A DNA stretch of 64,000 nt, taken from positions 372,001 to 436,000 of the forward strand of contig RDEW01000005.1 of the NCBI GenBank assembly GCA_011109175.1, given 5' to 3'. Below the pieces are notes generated by a model. The model did not search any database. It was not told the DNA's origin and worked only from the letters and a program-made list of their open reading frames with translations. This stretch comes from Dicyema japonicum (lineage: Eukaryota > Animalia > Dicyemida). A program made the translations under genes and the position numbers. Below are positions 63,621-64,000 of this stretch, one piece after another; within the stretch, counting starts at the first letter, position 1; every line of letters starts with the position of its first letter.

Positions 63621-64000
63621 ACTATGCATTTCATATTCGTGTGCTTCCTGTGGCTCGTTTATCTTTTAAAAATATTTCACGAAGATCAAAGTTAGCCGGA
63701 AAAGTGCTTCTAATAGTACGAAACGATGGACTTATGATAGGTCGCCTTTCCAATGCCTCTGAGATCCTTAATACGTAAGAACCGAAGAACGTACCGTTGT
63801 AACTACGAGGATTCAGTTATGAAGAGAATGACTATCTTAAAGATTGTCTTAAGAGCTCTTAGAGACAGCTTTTACCGCCAATTTGGTCGTCAATATTGAC
63901 CTACGCAAGTGACCGTGATCAATGGCCATTTCCCGTTCTTCCATCCACAAGTTGACCGTAATCCAGAGTCATCAACCCTAGTTCCGAGTAAATGACTATT

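Noticed and set aside
1-64000. Prokaryotic or phage system (retron, DGR, defence island) suggested by the many RT fragments
   Set aside because: All RT motifs are eukaryotic non-LTR types with APE or REL domains, and the host genes are spliceosomal-intron-containing eukaryotic genes.

Overview
AT-rich eukaryotic genomic DNA read with the standard genetic code; the ORF track's GTG/TTG starts and many antisense ORFs are not meaningful here. I resolved eleven host genes by manual splicing: THUMPD2, an orphan Cys-rich gene, WDR54-like, a BET double-bromodomain protein, a RhoGAP, SAE1, an ATP8B-type flippase, CARNMT1, PFDN2, TSEN2 and IFT20. They cover about 13-14 kb and their resolved GT-AG introns are almost all 20-29 nt (one 48 nt). 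The intergenic space is packed with dead transposon relics: RTE, jockey/I-like, CRE-like and R4/Dong-like non-LTR elements, hAT-Buster, pogo/Tigger and integrase fragments, plus a tRNA-derived SINE. Tiny introns together with a ciliary gene (IFT20) and animal-type genes suggest a reduced ciliated animal parasite such as a dicyemid mesozoan (inference only). Best leads: (1) IFT20 and TSEN2 are separated by only 36 nt, an operon/trans-splicing-like layout; (2) a tRNA-SINE whose 3' tail matches an RTE LINE in the same window, with a 17-bp target-site duplication; (3) a roughly 181-aa miniaturised TSEN2; (4) a four-exon orphan protein, possibly secreted; (5) pervasive internal deletions in TE relics. 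TE boundaries are approximate (tens of bp) and all homology calls are by eye, with no database search.
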